Below, one piece after another: positions 14,359-27,986 of a stretch of DNA of 34,352 nt. The DNA is from Perkinsus olseni. Taxonomy: Eukaryota. The DNA lies in NCBI GenBank assembly GCA_013115125.1, contig JABANN010000375.1:1-34352 (forward strand), written 5' to 3'. Numbering within the stretch: position 1 is the stretch's first letter; each line of letters starts with the position of its first letter. The notes beneath the pieces are model-generated. The model saw nothing but the letters and a program-made list of their open reading frames with translations. It did no database searches and was not told the origin of the DNA. Both the position numbers and the translations under genes were made by a program.

Positions 14359-15915
14359 GCGGCTGACGGCCAGAAGGCGGCGAGCCAGCACGGCAATGCA
14401 CTCGCAGATACATCTTCAAGAACCAACAGGCAACCCTGACTACTGTTCGCACGATGGCAAGCACCACGCGGGTTCTACCGCCACAGTCAATGCCACCACA
14501 GTCGAACGTCGCGGCCTCCAACCATTTCCCAATGTACCTGTGGCTTCATTCCGCCCGTCCACTTGTAACCAGCCCTTGGTAGAGCCAGCACATATCCGCC
14601 TCCACAGCGGGCCGAGATGCCGCAAGGAGCCGTGCTGCTTTCCCCCGGGACATCGGCCAGTCAGCAGACCTTCGTTCCCCTTCAAGGCTCCCCTCAGACG
14701 ACAACGTGAGGCCCTGCTGGCGTTGAGCACCCTTTCTCTCAGTCAAGTTTTGCTCGTAGGTTTTGGCGGCCCAACACCACCGGGTTCGGCAGTCTGAACA
14801 TCCTGTCTCCTAGACCCGCGGAAAGTGAGTTCCTTCCCACACTTGTCAATATCATGCAAACTTCTTTGTTCCCATCTCCTTCCGTATAGGTATGCCGACG
14901 ATAGCAGGACAGGAGGCGCCACCATCACCCGCCCCACTGGAGCCACTCTCCTCCCTGACCTCCTCGGATCAAGAGGGCGTCGCTAGAGGACATACACGTC
15001 CGGCATCCATCCCTCCTCTCAATGTTCCAGCGGTCGCAAGTGACTCATGAGCGAACATGGCTGGACGCATCGTGCCGTGAGCTACGTATCGAGTGGTTTG
15101 CTGCCATCAGTGTCGAGCTGAAGCCGTCGGGAGGGGAGTAGTAGAACATGCGATCACCTTCGCCGGCCACAACACACGTGCGACTCGCACGGTGCAAGGA
15201 GACTCGAAGGGGTGCCTCCCACGAGTGGCAAGCAAAGTCTACAGCCGTGTCTTCTCTTCCTGAGCGCTCCTGCATCAACTAGTTCAATGACTAATACACC
15301 TCGCTAACAAACGATTGACATCCGTGGGGTTCGAACCCGGGTGATACGTATAAGGCGACGATGACTCTACACTGATCATCACCAACACTTTGTTTGCACG
15401 CCACCCCACACAGAGCTCGACTGGGACACCCAGAGGGCTTGATCTATAATGCAACGAACTCATCACAGGCAGACGACGATTTCGAGTTACGTAAATGCCG
15501 ACTGCGCAGTTCATCGTCGCGCTATCCACAGCCGCTGCAGCAATAATCCCCCACTTACCCCTCGCTAGGGCACTCAGCGCCGCGGCCCCTATCGACTCAA
15601 CTGATGTAAGAATCCCGATAGGAGCGGCATCCGATCATGCCTGGTTTGCGTAATGACAGGAATAACTTTTGGTATGTTCGGTTAGCCGGATTCAACTGTA
15701 TTCCAGCTGCCCCTCACTCTCAGGGCTATCCTCCGCCGAGCGGACACTCGCGTTACGAAGTGTATGAGGGCTACGCCGTCTGCTCCTACTGAGACAGCCC
15801 CGAAGCGGGAAGGTGGGAGGAGCGGAAAGCATTGGAGATACTGGTCAATGTCTCAATGAATCACCACTCCTAAGATTGGAGACCTGGAGAATACACGCTG
15901 GTATTTTGCAACTGC

Positions 15916-16236
15916 TTGTTAACCGGGGGAAGCCGGGAATTTGGTTCTACTGTCTACGAAACCAATCCAAGGCCCCGCCGTGAGAGTGACAATATGCTTC
16001 TCGCGAAGACTGAGCTCAAGAATCTATGTGGGGTAGCCTTGGAGGTTGTCAAGGAAAAGTATCCCACTTACGAAGAGTTATGCGCCGAGTCCTACCAGAT
16101 AGCCGAATTCGTGTTCACTACGCGGAGTCCTTGGAAAGAGAAGAAGATGCCGGATGGCTCAACAGTGGTGTTTGATTCGAGTAAGGAATATTACAAATCT
16201 TACGCTGCAGGGCGTTTGTATTTGGAGATCCAATAG
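15916..16236 (+). CDS. Hypothetical protein (possibly the last exon of a longer gene)
   Basis: 106-codon ORF with protein-like composition; no motif recognised. Confidence 0.35.
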   Translation: MLTGGSREFGSTVYETNPRPRRESDNMLLAKTELKNLCGVALEVVKEKYPTYEELCAESYQIAEFVFTTRSPWKEKKMPDGSTVVFDSSKEYYKSYAAGRLYLEIQ

Positions 16237-17087
16237 CTTGTTGGTCTCCCGTGTTGGGCTGAGCAGGCAGAGTTTTCGGTCGGATGTTTGCTTATTTCAT
16301 TTCCCTTTTATTCACCCATTATCTCGAGAACGGAAAAAAAGTTGTCCATACAGATGATTATGATGATTATGTTGTTGTGTGCAAGCCCTGAGGTACTGTC
16401 TTGAGGAGAGTACGAACCAACGAAGCCTCCGATTCAACGGCTCTCATGGAGTCTTCAAAAAGGTGTAGTTCGAAGATAACAATTGCAATACTGAGATGTA
16501 CGTACTGGTAAATTACCAGTGGTAATCCGTATGGAATGGCACGAACACAAGCTTTAAGGGTACAGGTTGTAGAATAAGGTGGATAAGTACGAAGGACAAG
16601 AAAGGCCGGGCAGAGAAGAGCTGAGGCACACTAAGCCTAGCTTTGTGCTACTGCGCAAGATCCCCTGCGCAATAGTCCATGGTCTTGATAGTGTACGTAC
16701 AGACTGAGCGAGTATGTACGCATCCAGGCTTGATGCAGATGATCCAGCGTAGACCCTTGAGTTGGCAGTTCGCTGCTGCTGGTTTGTAGCAATCTATACT
16801 CAAACAGTGTCGAGATCGAGAGAGGAGGCTCCACTCTAGATGGAATCCCATTGGCTCATTACGGGTACTTTATCTTAACGCGCTCGAGGTTCGAGATAAT
16901 CAAGACTCTTGATTCAAGAGAATAAACTTATAACCTCACAAGTTCTCCCGAATGAAAGATGCATATCTTGATGACTGATCAACTCAGGACTACGGATGTC
17001 AGAGGAAATGTGCCGGAGACATGTGGATGGAACACGATCGGTGAGGATGATGGCGTTGTTGTGTCTTACGGTGGCTTGGCAATAACA

Positions 17088-18373
17088 TCAAACAGATCGG
17101 CATGAAGGTAGAGAGAGCCCTCCGCATACTGTGGAGATCAGAGCGTATAGCGCCAGCTGCAAGAGGACGGAGTTCAACCCGAATGTGGTGAACAAGATGT
17201 CCGACCCACACAAGCCGAAGCCACAAAGCATCGAGTCATTGCGGTCAATGCTAATAGCTGCGATCTCTGTGCTGTACGAGGAGCCGTCTGTAGGGAAGCG
17301 CAACTCACCAGAATTATTGCTACAAGAGCGCCATGGACCTTCGCCCTCTGCCACCATATCTTACGAACAACCTGGAAACGCGCAAGTACATGCCTTGAAC
17401 AGGTGAAGAGCTGGCCGTGATAGTGTCACGTAGCCGATCACGACGACCAGCTCGTTACGGTGCTCTGTCACGGTGACGGAGGCTACCGTCCCAGCCTTAC
17501 TTGTTTCGCCCTTGTCCGGAAGACCCGTGCGTCTACCCCAAGATTCGAGGTCTTATCGACAAGAGAAGCGATCGACTCTCCGCGGTTGATGACAGCATCT
17601 ACATGGAATCGCGTCTTCAATGAGCCGACTGAAAACTGTTGAGTATCAACTGATATTCTCGACCATGATGTCGGCAACAGCATCGAGCTCGTCCTCAACT
17701 TGTGCGATCATCGTCATCTTCACGCCGTTGCCCCCATCCTGCCGATCACCAAAACAGCGTGCATGCTCGGATGGGTCCAGTGGGAGAGAACAGAGCAGGA
17801 CGAACATTCGCTGGAGTTTGGCGCATCCCCTACTATGATGGCCTTGAGCTCTCTAGTCATGGCGATAACCGAGGGGAGCTGACGATTCCTGAGGAGGTGG
17901 TAACCCCAGAGAGCAAGGCTCCTGCTGCTGACTTCGGGGTGATCTCAGCAGCCATTCGTTTGAGTACCATGCTCGGCAGCTCGGCACCTCCTTCCTTCTC
18001 CATTGCCACAACTACGTATATGTACGGACGCTCGCGGTACTGAAGGGAGAGTGTGCAACGAAAGAAGTGGTATCAGAAGAAGGCACTACGAAGTTGATCG
18101 TATGGCCACGGTAAACGAGGCTGTGACACACATCGTCCATCCGCGAGAAGTCTCCGATGTTCTTTCTCGCAGTAGCTATCTGAACCCCAACTACGGCGTT
18201 CGACTGGTAAGCAGCGTTACTATATTCTCGTGTTCGCTCCTTGCCCTTGGCGTGGTGATATCTTGCTCGCCGAGAACAGGCTGATACTCACAGATAACGT
18301 AAGTCCCTTTGGATACGCAGGCATAGACGAGAGGCGCCGCCTTCCTCAGGCCCTCCATTCGAGGTAGTGTCAT
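17088..18373 (-). CDS. Longin-domain R-SNARE (VAMP7-like), multi-exon
   Basis: N-terminal longin-like LVYACVSKGTYVICEY. Synaptobrevin coil VEDELDAVADIMVENI|NAVINRGESIASLVDKTSNL...FRTRAKQ across an intron. C-terminal TM segment ending LALYALISTVCGGLSLPSCRSV. Confidence 0.85.
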
Positions 18374-18629
18374 CGTCGTATCAAATGGTTACTCTATCAC
18401 TGGTGTTACGACGGTTGTCTCCATGTCCGGCCAAGGGATCACCATTGACGGCGGCAACAACCAAAGGCCTCAACGCGAAGAAGCTCTTCTGCATCATGCT
18501 GCAATCTCCCAATCAGCTACCAATTACTGTGGCCAAATTGATCAGTATAATAATAAAATGAATTACAGGTTGAATTGTAGTAGACATCAACACTAAGTCG
18601 CAAGTCTCCATTCTCGGGCGTGCATTCGG

Positions 18630-19307
18630 TCACTCTCCGCTAGACACGGAAGCCGAGCTCGGCGCGGTACACGAGCGCTCCGTACACGACGTTCCCGATG
18701 CCGACCCTGCCGAGACCAACTGACTCAGCAGGGATTGTAGTGGGGGGGACTCACGGGCTTTCGTGGGGGTCAACTTCTCGTAGTCGCCGAAGAGGCCTCT
18801 CAGGAACTCCTCCTGCTTCGCTACGGTCGCAGAGTCCTTCGGGGACAGGTCCCCACGATCCGGGAAGGACGGACCTTCCAATGCACGTAAAGAGCATAGC
18901 GACGGAGACGACTCACATGTGGCGCTGTTGTTAATACAAGAAGTCATGAGGGACGCCATAGAAGGGCTAGCGTCCAGAGCTGCCGGGGGCCGAGGGGTCT
19001 CGCTGAGCCTCCTCTTTAAGGTAGCATCGACCTTCCTCAACAGGGCCTTCCTCCCGACCCTGTCCCTCCTAGACAGGACCCGTACGGCGACCACCAACCC
19101 GACTGCTAGGAGCGCCAGGGGTAACCACAAACTCTCGTTGTTGCAATCGAGAGGTGATTCGGTCCTCAGACGCCATATTTCATTCTGGGAGGCCTCGAAC
19201 CTCCCCTTCCAATACTCGGCCTCATCGCGTGCTGATGCACAGAGGCCGAGCATATCAACAAGAGAGGGGGAAGAGAGGGCTGTCATTGTGAGGTAATGGA
19301 GGGACAA
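18630..19307 (-). CDS. Hypothetical protein with a short coiled coil and one TM helix
   Basis: 225-codon ORF with ARDEAEYWKGRFEASQNEIWRL followed by hydrophobic LWLPLALLAVGLVVAV and a basic stretch. Confidence 0.6.
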   Translation of the reverse strand: MSLHYLTMTALSSPSLVDMLGLCASARDEAEYWKGRFEASQNEIWRLRTESPLDCNNESLWLPLALLAVGLVVAVRVLSRRDRVGRKALLRKVDATLKRRLSETPRPPAALDASPSMASLMTSCINNSATCESSPSLCSLRALEGPSFPDRGDLSPKDSATVAKQEEFLRGLFGDYEKLTPTKARESPPLQSLLSQLVSAGSASGTSCTERSCTAPSSASVSSGE

Positions 19308-19864
19308 CTCATCACCGAGGGCGTCGCCAAAGACAAACGAGATTCATCTTCATGCAGGTCGGTTACGAGCCTTATCAATCGGTCAGTACTGCATTTTATG
19401 GTAAGATTCATGTGATATACTTTTCACAATGATTGGCCATCAAGTGGCCCAACCGCCACAGAAGAAGCCTCTTCTTCCACGAGGCCGCTCGTTTGCTACC
19501 TTCCTCTTGCGTTGAGACCGGGCAGCACGGCCCCTCGCGCCTTCAACGCTCCGTTGTTTCTCTGAAATATCTTTCCTCACCACAGTGATTGATGGATGAA
19601 CTCAAGCTGAGATTGCGCAAAGCAATAAGATACATGGAGGGAGGCCGCTGCCACTAAGGGCTGATGACGATCATAATACAGCAGCTTCATTCAACAACAA
19701 CCCCAAAACTGTGGCAGTAAAATATCGACTAATAACGTATGAAAACACATTCTCCATCGTAGGCCGCTCGACGGACCCCTGCGGTTGATAAAAAGAGATT
19801 ATAATAAACAGTCTATACATATGGCCTTAAGCTGGCCTCTATACCGCTCCTTTCCTAACGTATG

Positions 19865-22800
19865 CTAGAAGCGAGTGAAGACCTCCATGCCTGTGGAGTG
19901 TAGGAGCAGTACTCGATCTAGGGACTTGGTGAGGCAGTCGCAGTAGGCCATGTAGGAGGCACAGTCCTTCTCGGTCTCGGTGGACCAAATGTCGGGCATA
20001 TTCATCATCACCAGAGCACTGTCTTTGCTTCGCTCCGCTATTATCGAGTTCATCCTCATGTACGGGCGTGCGCTGTTTGGATGGACCACAGTAGATGGAC
20101 GACGCTGCGACGCTCCTCCTGATGGCACCTTGAGGGAGTTGGCCGACTGAGAATTTGAGCTGAACGCGTTGACCTGTGCCAGACGATCCATGTAGCTCCG
20201 CCTCTCCTCAATCTTTTTGTGGACGTTAGACAAAAGATCTGATTCGACGTTCCACTCGAGGTCCTCATCGAAGGGTTTGGTGTTCGGGACACGACGCTGC
20301 TGTAGTGATGGGTGGTGCGGCAAACTTGAGGGATTCTGCTCTTCCTTAGCCGGGAGAACTCCATTAAAGAGGTCGTCAAGGCTCGTGGGGAGGGTATTTT
20401 GCTGAGAGAAAGGAACATGAGGCTGTCTGCAGAGAGCCGTGCCCGACTCACCCTTTTGAAGCCGATCTCGGTGGCAGCCAGGTCATCTCCTCTATTGTTG
20501 ACCTTCATCGTCCAGTCGTAGGTGTAGGGTTCGATCATGGCATCATCGTGGAGGACCACCACCTCAATAACAACATTGTCCAACAGCCTATGTCCGGTGA
20601 GGAGCTTCCGCAAGTTGCTCTTTGCCGTCTCCGTGGCCTCGTCGTCCGCATGCTCCATCACCAGCAAGACCCGTACTTGGCAGCCTCGCCAGACCTTGTG
20701 CTGTTTGAGGAAGTGGGCGCAGAGAAGGAGAAAGCCGCCATCGTGTATCATCCACCAGACGTCGATCGTGCCATTCATGGGGATCGACCGCTCCCCCACA
20801 GGCATGAAGGACATGTTCTTCACGCACATGATGGCCTTGCCCGTGTTGGTGGCGAACTGCAGCAGACGAACAAACTCGCAAGCTTCATCCGACCGACCCT
20901 GCCAGTTAGACGGCCAGGCCAGTAGGACCGAGTTAGGCCTCAGGCCTCCGATACCAGCGAGTTGGACGGCGTATGAAGCCCCTTCCCCGAAGGAGGGGGC
21001 CACCACTACATCCGCGAAGCCTTGTAACGACTCCTGAGCCATCACTTCAGCGACCCGGCTCCTCTCAGCCGCTACCTGAAATGACGAGGACCGTCGTAGT
21101 ACGGCTGCTGAGCACACCGAGTATAGCTTACCCTCTTGTCGTCACCATCAACTACAATAGCTGATGCAATGCACATGCCGCGGCCCTTCCTCATTTGCCC
21201 GTAGAAGCGCAGCAGATCATGGCAACCCATCTTTGACAGCATCGAATTGGTATCCCCATCCCCCCCAGAGTGGTCAGCACCATTACCAACTTGGTAGAGC
21301 ACAAGTACCTGTAGTAAGGGACTGCGGGACAGAAGGGCTAGTGACTGGCTACCTGTGGCCTCCAGTTAATCCTCTTGTGGACCTTCTCTTGCAACCCCTG
21401 CAGCGCCGTCAACGCGAAGTTGTACCGCAGACCGGCAAAGCCACTACCCCACTCGGCCTCGGCCCCGACCCAGTCCAAGTAGAGGTAGAGCAAGGCAGCC
21501 AGGACAAGCACGCCGATGGTCCAGTAGACCGACACTATTATCATCACCGCCAAGGCAGCCACTACACCCACGAACGAGGACAGGATGTACCACAACCGAA
21601 ACCGCCTTCTGAAGATGCCAGCAGGCCGCCACGTGGGGGTCTTGAGTAGAGTAAGCATCAGGCAGGAGACGTTCATGAAGGCGTAGCAGACGAGGAAGCA
21701 CATCGTGAGTAGGGGAGCGATCAGATCGAGATTTCCGATCATCGACAGGGCGATAGACAGAATTGTGGTTATCAGAACTGCCCGGGCGGGCTCCCTCTTG
21801 CGGTTCACCACACTGAGTGGCTTCAAGATGGGCAGGAGATTGTCGGCTGAAATGGACTGCATGAGTCTAGGGGCTACAGTAAAGCACTGCAGAGCTTGGG
21901 AGACCGAGGAGATGAAGATACCAACGTAAGCTGGTATCCTATGTGGCCACACAATCTGACCAACAATGGTCCTTGCTTCATCGTTATTGACCCCGGCCAG
22001 TCGGCGAAGATGTGCAGCGGCAGCCTCTGTGCCATAAGGGCCATGCTTTAGGTAATCGCTCGTGGCTACAGCACCCCAGAGTAACATGAATGATAGGTAC
22101 CTGTACAGCAGCAGATCTCCCGTGATGAAGGGCTCAAGCAACTGGCCCTCTACGACATTCTACTCTTACGAGAACTTCAACGGTGGAGAACGGAAAAGGA
22201 CAGTCCCAGGAGAATCGCCGTCGGTGGCGCAACGTAAAGGTTGAGCTGAACGACGGGTCGATTACTCATATCACTCCCGAGAATACTGGCGATGAGTTCT
22301 ATGGCTGTACGTCGGAGTATTTCTCCAATCTTGACGGCTACTGCCCTTGCTACTTACATGAAAAGGGATATCGTGATCGCTCCGAAAGTGCCGTTCCTGA
22401 TGCTCTTGGGTGGATCCCTCAGTACATCAGCCCGGTTAGCTCCCGATAGTATACCAGTGAAGCAGGGGAACACTATAGACAATACCGTACCAAACCGAAC
22501 GCCATCATCATAGGAGGGGCCGAGGTTGTCGCTGAAGGTGGAGGCACTGAGCCCGGTGACCCCAGCCATCTCTATGGCATCACTCTGGGGTGACACGAAG
22601 ATACCAACGTAGAACATGAGAATAGTAAGACCGACTACTACGACGAAGAAGACGCCGAGCTTAGTGACAACATGGATGCCGCCCCAGACCACGACGTTGA
22701 GGATGAGGACCAGGGAGCCTCCGAAAATCTGATGGTAGCCCGGTATGTCGGCCAAGGAGGGAGCTGCCATGACCAAAGCGTCAACAGCTCCAACGGACTC

Positions 22801-23211
22801 TAAGACGCCTAGAAGGGCGAAGCCTAGGTAGTAAGTGATACCGACGCTGGCTCCGGCATAGGGCCCAAGGGATCTAGACAGCATATGGTAGGGCCCACCC
22901 TCAGAGACAACACCACCAGAGGAGGCGATAGCACTAAGGCAGGAGGTAGTACAGAAGGCCACAATGAAGGACAAGATGACAGCCAGGCAGGCTTGGCCCA
23001 CACCGGCATTGCCGACGACATAGAAGAACCTCAGGAATATGAGGACCCCCCACATGTTCTCGCAAGTGGGTACTAAAACTCCAGTGAAGGTTCCCTTTAG
23101 CTTCTTCCGGGCAGCCGCCGCCTCTTCATCACTGCTGCCAGTGGCAGTGGACCCGCGCTTGGGCTTGTCACACGACGAGGCAATGCTGCCCCGGAGGGTC
23201 TCCCCAAGCAT
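19865..23211 (-). CDS. Cation-chloride cotransporter, SLC12 (KCC/CCC-like), multi-exon
   Basis: GTFTGVLVPTCENMWGVLIFLR, GGPYHMLSRSLG, FPCFTGILSGANR, APRLMQSI, IAPLLTMCFLVCYAFMN, EWGSG, NWRPQ, GIGGLRPNSVLLAWP, GTIDVWWMIHDGG and C-terminal RVLLLHSTGMEVFT are all SLC12 hallmarks. The start codon is uncertain. Confidence 0.93.
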
Positions 23212-23729
23212 GGTGGCATCAGCACCAAAGATAGTCAAGTCGTTCTGTTGAACCTGCTCACCATCATCACTTCTGCTGGAGGGATGAGTGACCTAAAAAG
23301 AGACCAGAGAATGCCGAGTAGGCCGAGAGCCAATGCCATCGTGCCACATTGCCAGCCCTCTGCGCCTGTGAAGCGGCCCATTTGCGACTCTGGCGACCTT
23401 TTTCGAGGGTTTTCCGCCGTTTCGTCACCAAATCAAGCGCAAGACAGCCCTAGTTTATTGCACCATCGGTTAGATGACGATGAGAGCTTTCGATCGCGGG
23501 CCACTAGAAGCCCAAACTCGTTGGCAACAGGACATTACGAGGAGAGGTCCCTTTTCAACCCTGTAGTACCTTGACGTTAAACAGGTTGTTGAGATTGGTG
23601 ATATTAGTTTCCTTATCAGTTGACGCTGGATTATGGTGTCCCTTATCATCGGGGGCCATTGGTAAAGTTCAAAGTGGCTGGTGTTGCTGCTATCGGAAGT
23701 ATCACCATTAGACGATGTCTCCCTCCCGG

Positions 23730-25240
23730 AGCGGCGTCACTGCTGCTGCTACTGTCCCCAGCTAGGGAGTATCACTAACTACGGGAAGCCCGGGCCAGCC
23801 ACTGAGCGAGAATCATCGTCCGTGCCACTGCGCTAGTCTGCTACAACGAAGGTAGACTTACTCTTTCGAAGGAGGTCGTTGAAGTGTAAAATGTTGATCA
23901 CTCGGCGGCGGAGCGATGCAGCCATCATCCGCGACGGCGCAGGTTGAAAAGGTTGGGCCTTACAGCCGAAATCTCCTATGGCGTCGTCGTCATCCGGTAG
24001 CAACTGGCCTCCTCCTGCCGGTCCTCCTGCTCCCCTTCCCACCTCACCTGTAGAGGACAGCACTATCGAGTATCATCAGGTAAAGATCCTACCAGTATCG
24101 GTATCTTAGAGGTTGTACTGGCAGGTCGTGCAATTCTCGTCTGGTGAAGAAAACCAGATGGAAGCCAGAGAAGATGAAGAAGGCTACCACGAGCCTGATA
24201 GCAGCGATGTCCCCACCGAGGAGGAGGAGGTGGTCACCCTGTAGCCTGCATGGGCGTTCGAACCCCCTCTTAGGACCCAACCCCAGCAGTAGTCACCTCA
24301 CCTACCTCACCCTACATACCATCGCGACGAAGCAGCAGTACCTCGGGTCTGGTCACCAGTGGTGGTAGTGGCTACTACCTCACAGCGGCCACTGGACACA
24401 GCCCTCACCCTCCAGGAGAGTACGAGGACCGATACTAGACTGTCGTTCAACTCGGTGTCATCAGGCAGCTGATGGCTTCGATGTTCCCTGATGTCATTTC
24501 TGCTATCGGAGACGCTCGGCAGTCAGAAGACTCCACTGGCTCTCGTCAGGGTGTCCCGGAGGAGGCCTCGGACGTCGAGTCATGGCGGGTCGGTTGTGGT
24601 TGTTATCATTCAGTGTCCTTCGTAGCTGCTCACCACTCAGGACTACTCTAATGACCTCCTAGCTGGTAAGAGCATCTTCTTCGGCCACAGGACCTCCGTC
24701 AACGTCATGCTTGTTATCGGAGGGGGTGGGTAGGGCAGTGCCATCATCAGGGCTGTTCATCCCTGCTGTAGGTAGCAAGCCCACTACCTTGCACGCCCAC
24801 TGGGAGGTCCTCTGCAGTTCCTTCTCGTACTTCGAGAACATGAAGGATTGCCGCATGAGGGAGTCCGTCGAAGGGGTTGTAAGTCCTCCTGTTATATTGT
24901 CATGGCATGCTGCTCTCTTAGGCCTACTTCCCGACTGATTCACCCCGAGCCTGGCTGACGCAACTCAAGCGTGTGTGAGTGCCCGCAGCAGCAGCATCAG
25001 CAGCAGCAGCACTCGGTAGGCTATCACCTCGCCATACTAGGTACCCTCCCTACCGCCAACTGGACTTTACTGATGCTGTGGAGGTCATATCATTGGTCGA
25101 TCGACTGCAGGCGTCGTGGTTATCGCGGGAACTGCAAGGGGTAAGCTCGGATACTCCTTCGTCGAGCAGCATCTTTGGTGCTAGGTGCTGTCTGATGAAT
25201 CATACGGAGATCAGCGGACCCCGGCTATTGCCGACATGCT
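23730..25240 (-). CDS. Probable multi-exon hypothetical gene; boundaries uncertain
   Basis: Minus-strand ORF pieces (24659-24943, 23833-24063) flanked by splice-like signals; no recognisable domain. Confidence 0.3.
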
Positions 25241-26183
25241 GGCTGCCCACGGCCTTTCTGACGTAAGTGCCTGACGCTTGGCTAAGTTACACCTAGGGTC
25301 AGGTTGTGGCCTCGTGGTTTAATGAGAAGTATTGGCCCGCTCTCAACGCCTGGCGATGTGTCAGCGAGTGCAAGAACGTTCAGGCCCTCCGGTGTGCGGC
25401 ACTGTAAGGGGGCGAGGGAGGATACTGTAGAACGCTACTTGGGGACTCATCATCCGAATGTGACATGTCCACTACCCTTAGCATCCGTCTTCAAGGGGCT
25501 TATAGTGAGGGAGCATCAGGTCGATATTCCCTGCGCCGCCACAGTGCGCGATGGCGCTCCGTGGGTAGACTAGGGGACGCCCCAACCCACAATCTACCGG
25601 CCGTGGACTGGCGTGTCCAAACAAGTGTCTGGTCGCACTTCGCCTTTGTGCTTGGGAAGTTCGTGAGAGAGATCAAGGCACTCGAGTGGAACAGACCTAC
25701 TTTTTATAGTTTTCAATCATAAATCATTCGTTTATACCTAACTTATATATACCTAATTTCGACCTAATCATGATACATTCGTACGTCTCGCCTCTCTCCT
25801 GACAAATTTAACAAGCGGGCTAAAGTAGCTTCGGTCGTAACTTGGCGGCGATTATGCGATAGTGATTGGCACTGTGGCTCAGGGGAGTTTTGCCGGATCC
25901 CTCGTATCAGGTATGTGTGCCATGAGGCCGCCTCAACTAAGTCGCAGGTGGAGCAGTTGAGGAAGACTTTACGAGACGCTAAGATGGAGTCCAGGGGGCG
26001 TCAGAATCGGATATCGCGGATGAAGAGCGCCGGGGAAATATTTTATTCGTAGCATACAAGTCCTGTCACTTTCCAGAGGTCCCAATGTCATCAGGATAAC
26101 TGTGGACTTTCATTCTCACTACTCGGTGTGTTGTTGTCAATTCATCTAAGTGGATGGTGCGGCGGCCGGTAGTGATTATTGTT

Positions 26184-27986
26184 ATGACTTCGGCTATTGC
26201 AAAGCAGCATCTCGTCAGTAACGGTAGGCCCACTACTGCGACAGCGTGACACTATTGCATCAGGCGATGGCTTGCCCACCGGCGCCACGACCGATACTTC
26301 CAACCGTCTGTTCACTCCGAAATTCGTACCTCTGTAGCTCTGGCATCGGGTCTGCCGGTAGTGGTTCAGGTGCTCACCCCTGGCATCAAGACTGAACGTC
26401 GAAGGAAAGCTGTTGAGGACTATATACAACCGGCTGAGGTGGGTGACGAGGAGTGTTGAGGGTTGATCTTGGGAGTGATGTCAGGTCTTCTGTGTCCGCT
26501 TCTCGCCTGATGATACTCTCATGGCTGCTTCTACCAGTAACGGACTCATTAAGATCTACAACTGTCGGGATGGAATGGAAGTCTATACGCTGCACTCGCG
26601 ACATACCGGTATGACTGGGCGAATGCTCTGCGGCGGCTATGGAGCGACGCGTTTCACAGGCGACATCGTCCAACCGATAACGCAAGTCCGCTGGCGTCCT
26701 GGAGGCAGCTCAGCGAAGACTAAGAACGTTTTGGTCAGTGTGAATGCTGAAGGAGTGGTAGGAGGTCATCGACTTCAGCGTTTTGCCGTGGAGGGGAATC
26801 CTACAGGTTTCTCACTGGCATGTTACCACCGGTACGTGCATGCATGAGGATACTGAAGAGGGGAATCAGCTCTTCTGTGTGGACTACTCGACAGATGGAA
26901 GCCAGTTCGCCACAGCGGGGAGGGAGAGGTGGCGTTCAGCATTGCTGAGCATGCTGGTGATTTGGACTTTGCGTCAGGGGCGTGTCTGTCTACGATGAGA
27001 ACACCAAGGCGTTGATCACGACTCTGAAAGGTGGAGATAGCCTGCACACTCCGGGCCATTCCAACAGAGTTTTCAGTCTCAAGTGACGAGCTAGTCGGAT
27101 GGCTGATGATGATGGTGGGTTTTGCTGTTTGCTGCTCAGATATCATCCGAAGGACCCGAATGTGATAATTACAGGCGGCTGGGACAACACTGTACAGTTT
27201 TGGGACGTCAGGAAGGGGTATAGTGTTCGCTCAATATTCGGTGAGTCAGGGTCGCGGAAATTGTTTAAAGTTTTCTCGTGGTGCACTGGTGACCCGGGCT
27301 GGTGCTCGGTCAGGACTTCAAATCCTGGGGCGTCGGGAGGCGCAGGCGTTCGATTCGCCCTCCGGTGCGTTTTCTTGTATTTTTTCTGACGCGTCTTCCT
27401 GTCAAGCCACGCGCAGGTTGCTCCTTAGGTCCGCATATCTGTGGTGACAGCGTAGACATCAGCAATGATGGTAAACGCATCCTAACGGGTAGTTGGAGGA
27501 TTGACAGGCAACTGCAAATTTGGGATTATGCGGAGGGAACTCTTATCGAGGACATACCGTGGAGGACCGGGGTGGGCAATAATCTCCTCCGGGCTGTCGT
27601 GCGGTGGTGATACTGAGGCAGCCAGAGAGTCCTCAGGCCTCCGTCACCCAGCCATGCATGCTCTACGCAGCACAGTTCAACAAGGGCCCTCGCTCTGGAG
27701 AGCTCATCTGTGCTGGTGGTAGCGGCGCCAATGAGGCCAAGGTCATGCACAGCAAAGGTCCAGTAGGACACCCCGATGCCTGGACGACTATCGGGACAGT
27801 GACAGGTTAGCTCGAGCTACCCGCGTCCGACTGAAGGGTCCATCAGGTGTGGATAAGGGCTGCTTTACAGTTGACTTCTCCTCTGGGGACTCCGCTGCGC
27901 CGGAGTTGGTGGCCCTGGGTGGTGGTGACGGTGTCGTTCGTGTGATGGAAATCGGCTATGAAGATGAGGGAGAGGAGGTCTTGTGA
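26184..27986 (+). CDS. WD40-repeat protein, multi-exon (one intron hosts tRNA-Sec)
   Basis: VFCVRFSPDD, LFCVDYSTDGSQFATAG, GHSNRVFSL, YHPKDPNVIITGGWDNTVQFWDVR, SIFG|PHICGDSVDISNDGKRILTGSW, LQIWD, FTVDFS; ends GEEVL-TGA at 27986. The start is tentative. Confidence 0.88.
27283..27369 (+). tRNA. tRNA-Sec (anticodon UCA), intact, intronic
   Basis: Identical to 6527-6613 over all 87 nt and followed by TTTT. Lies in intron 27241-27428 (GTGAGT...CCTTAG) of the WD40 gene. Confidence 0.93.

Noticed and set aside
14390-15560. Possible minus-strand spliced gene
   Set aside because: Only short ORFs with no recognisable motif; no defensible model could be built.
7303-15850. 14-bp exact match GATACTGGTCAATG at 7303-7316 and 15837-15850
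   Set aside because: The flanks are unrelated, and a single 14-mer match in 34 kb is compatible with chance.
20537-21649. Long plus-strand ORFs opposite the SLC12 gene
   Set aside because: They are antisense shadows of a GC3-rich coding sequence.
24985-25010. Short CAG-type microsatellite (also near 1393-1412)
   Set aside because: Ordinary short low-complexity repeats.
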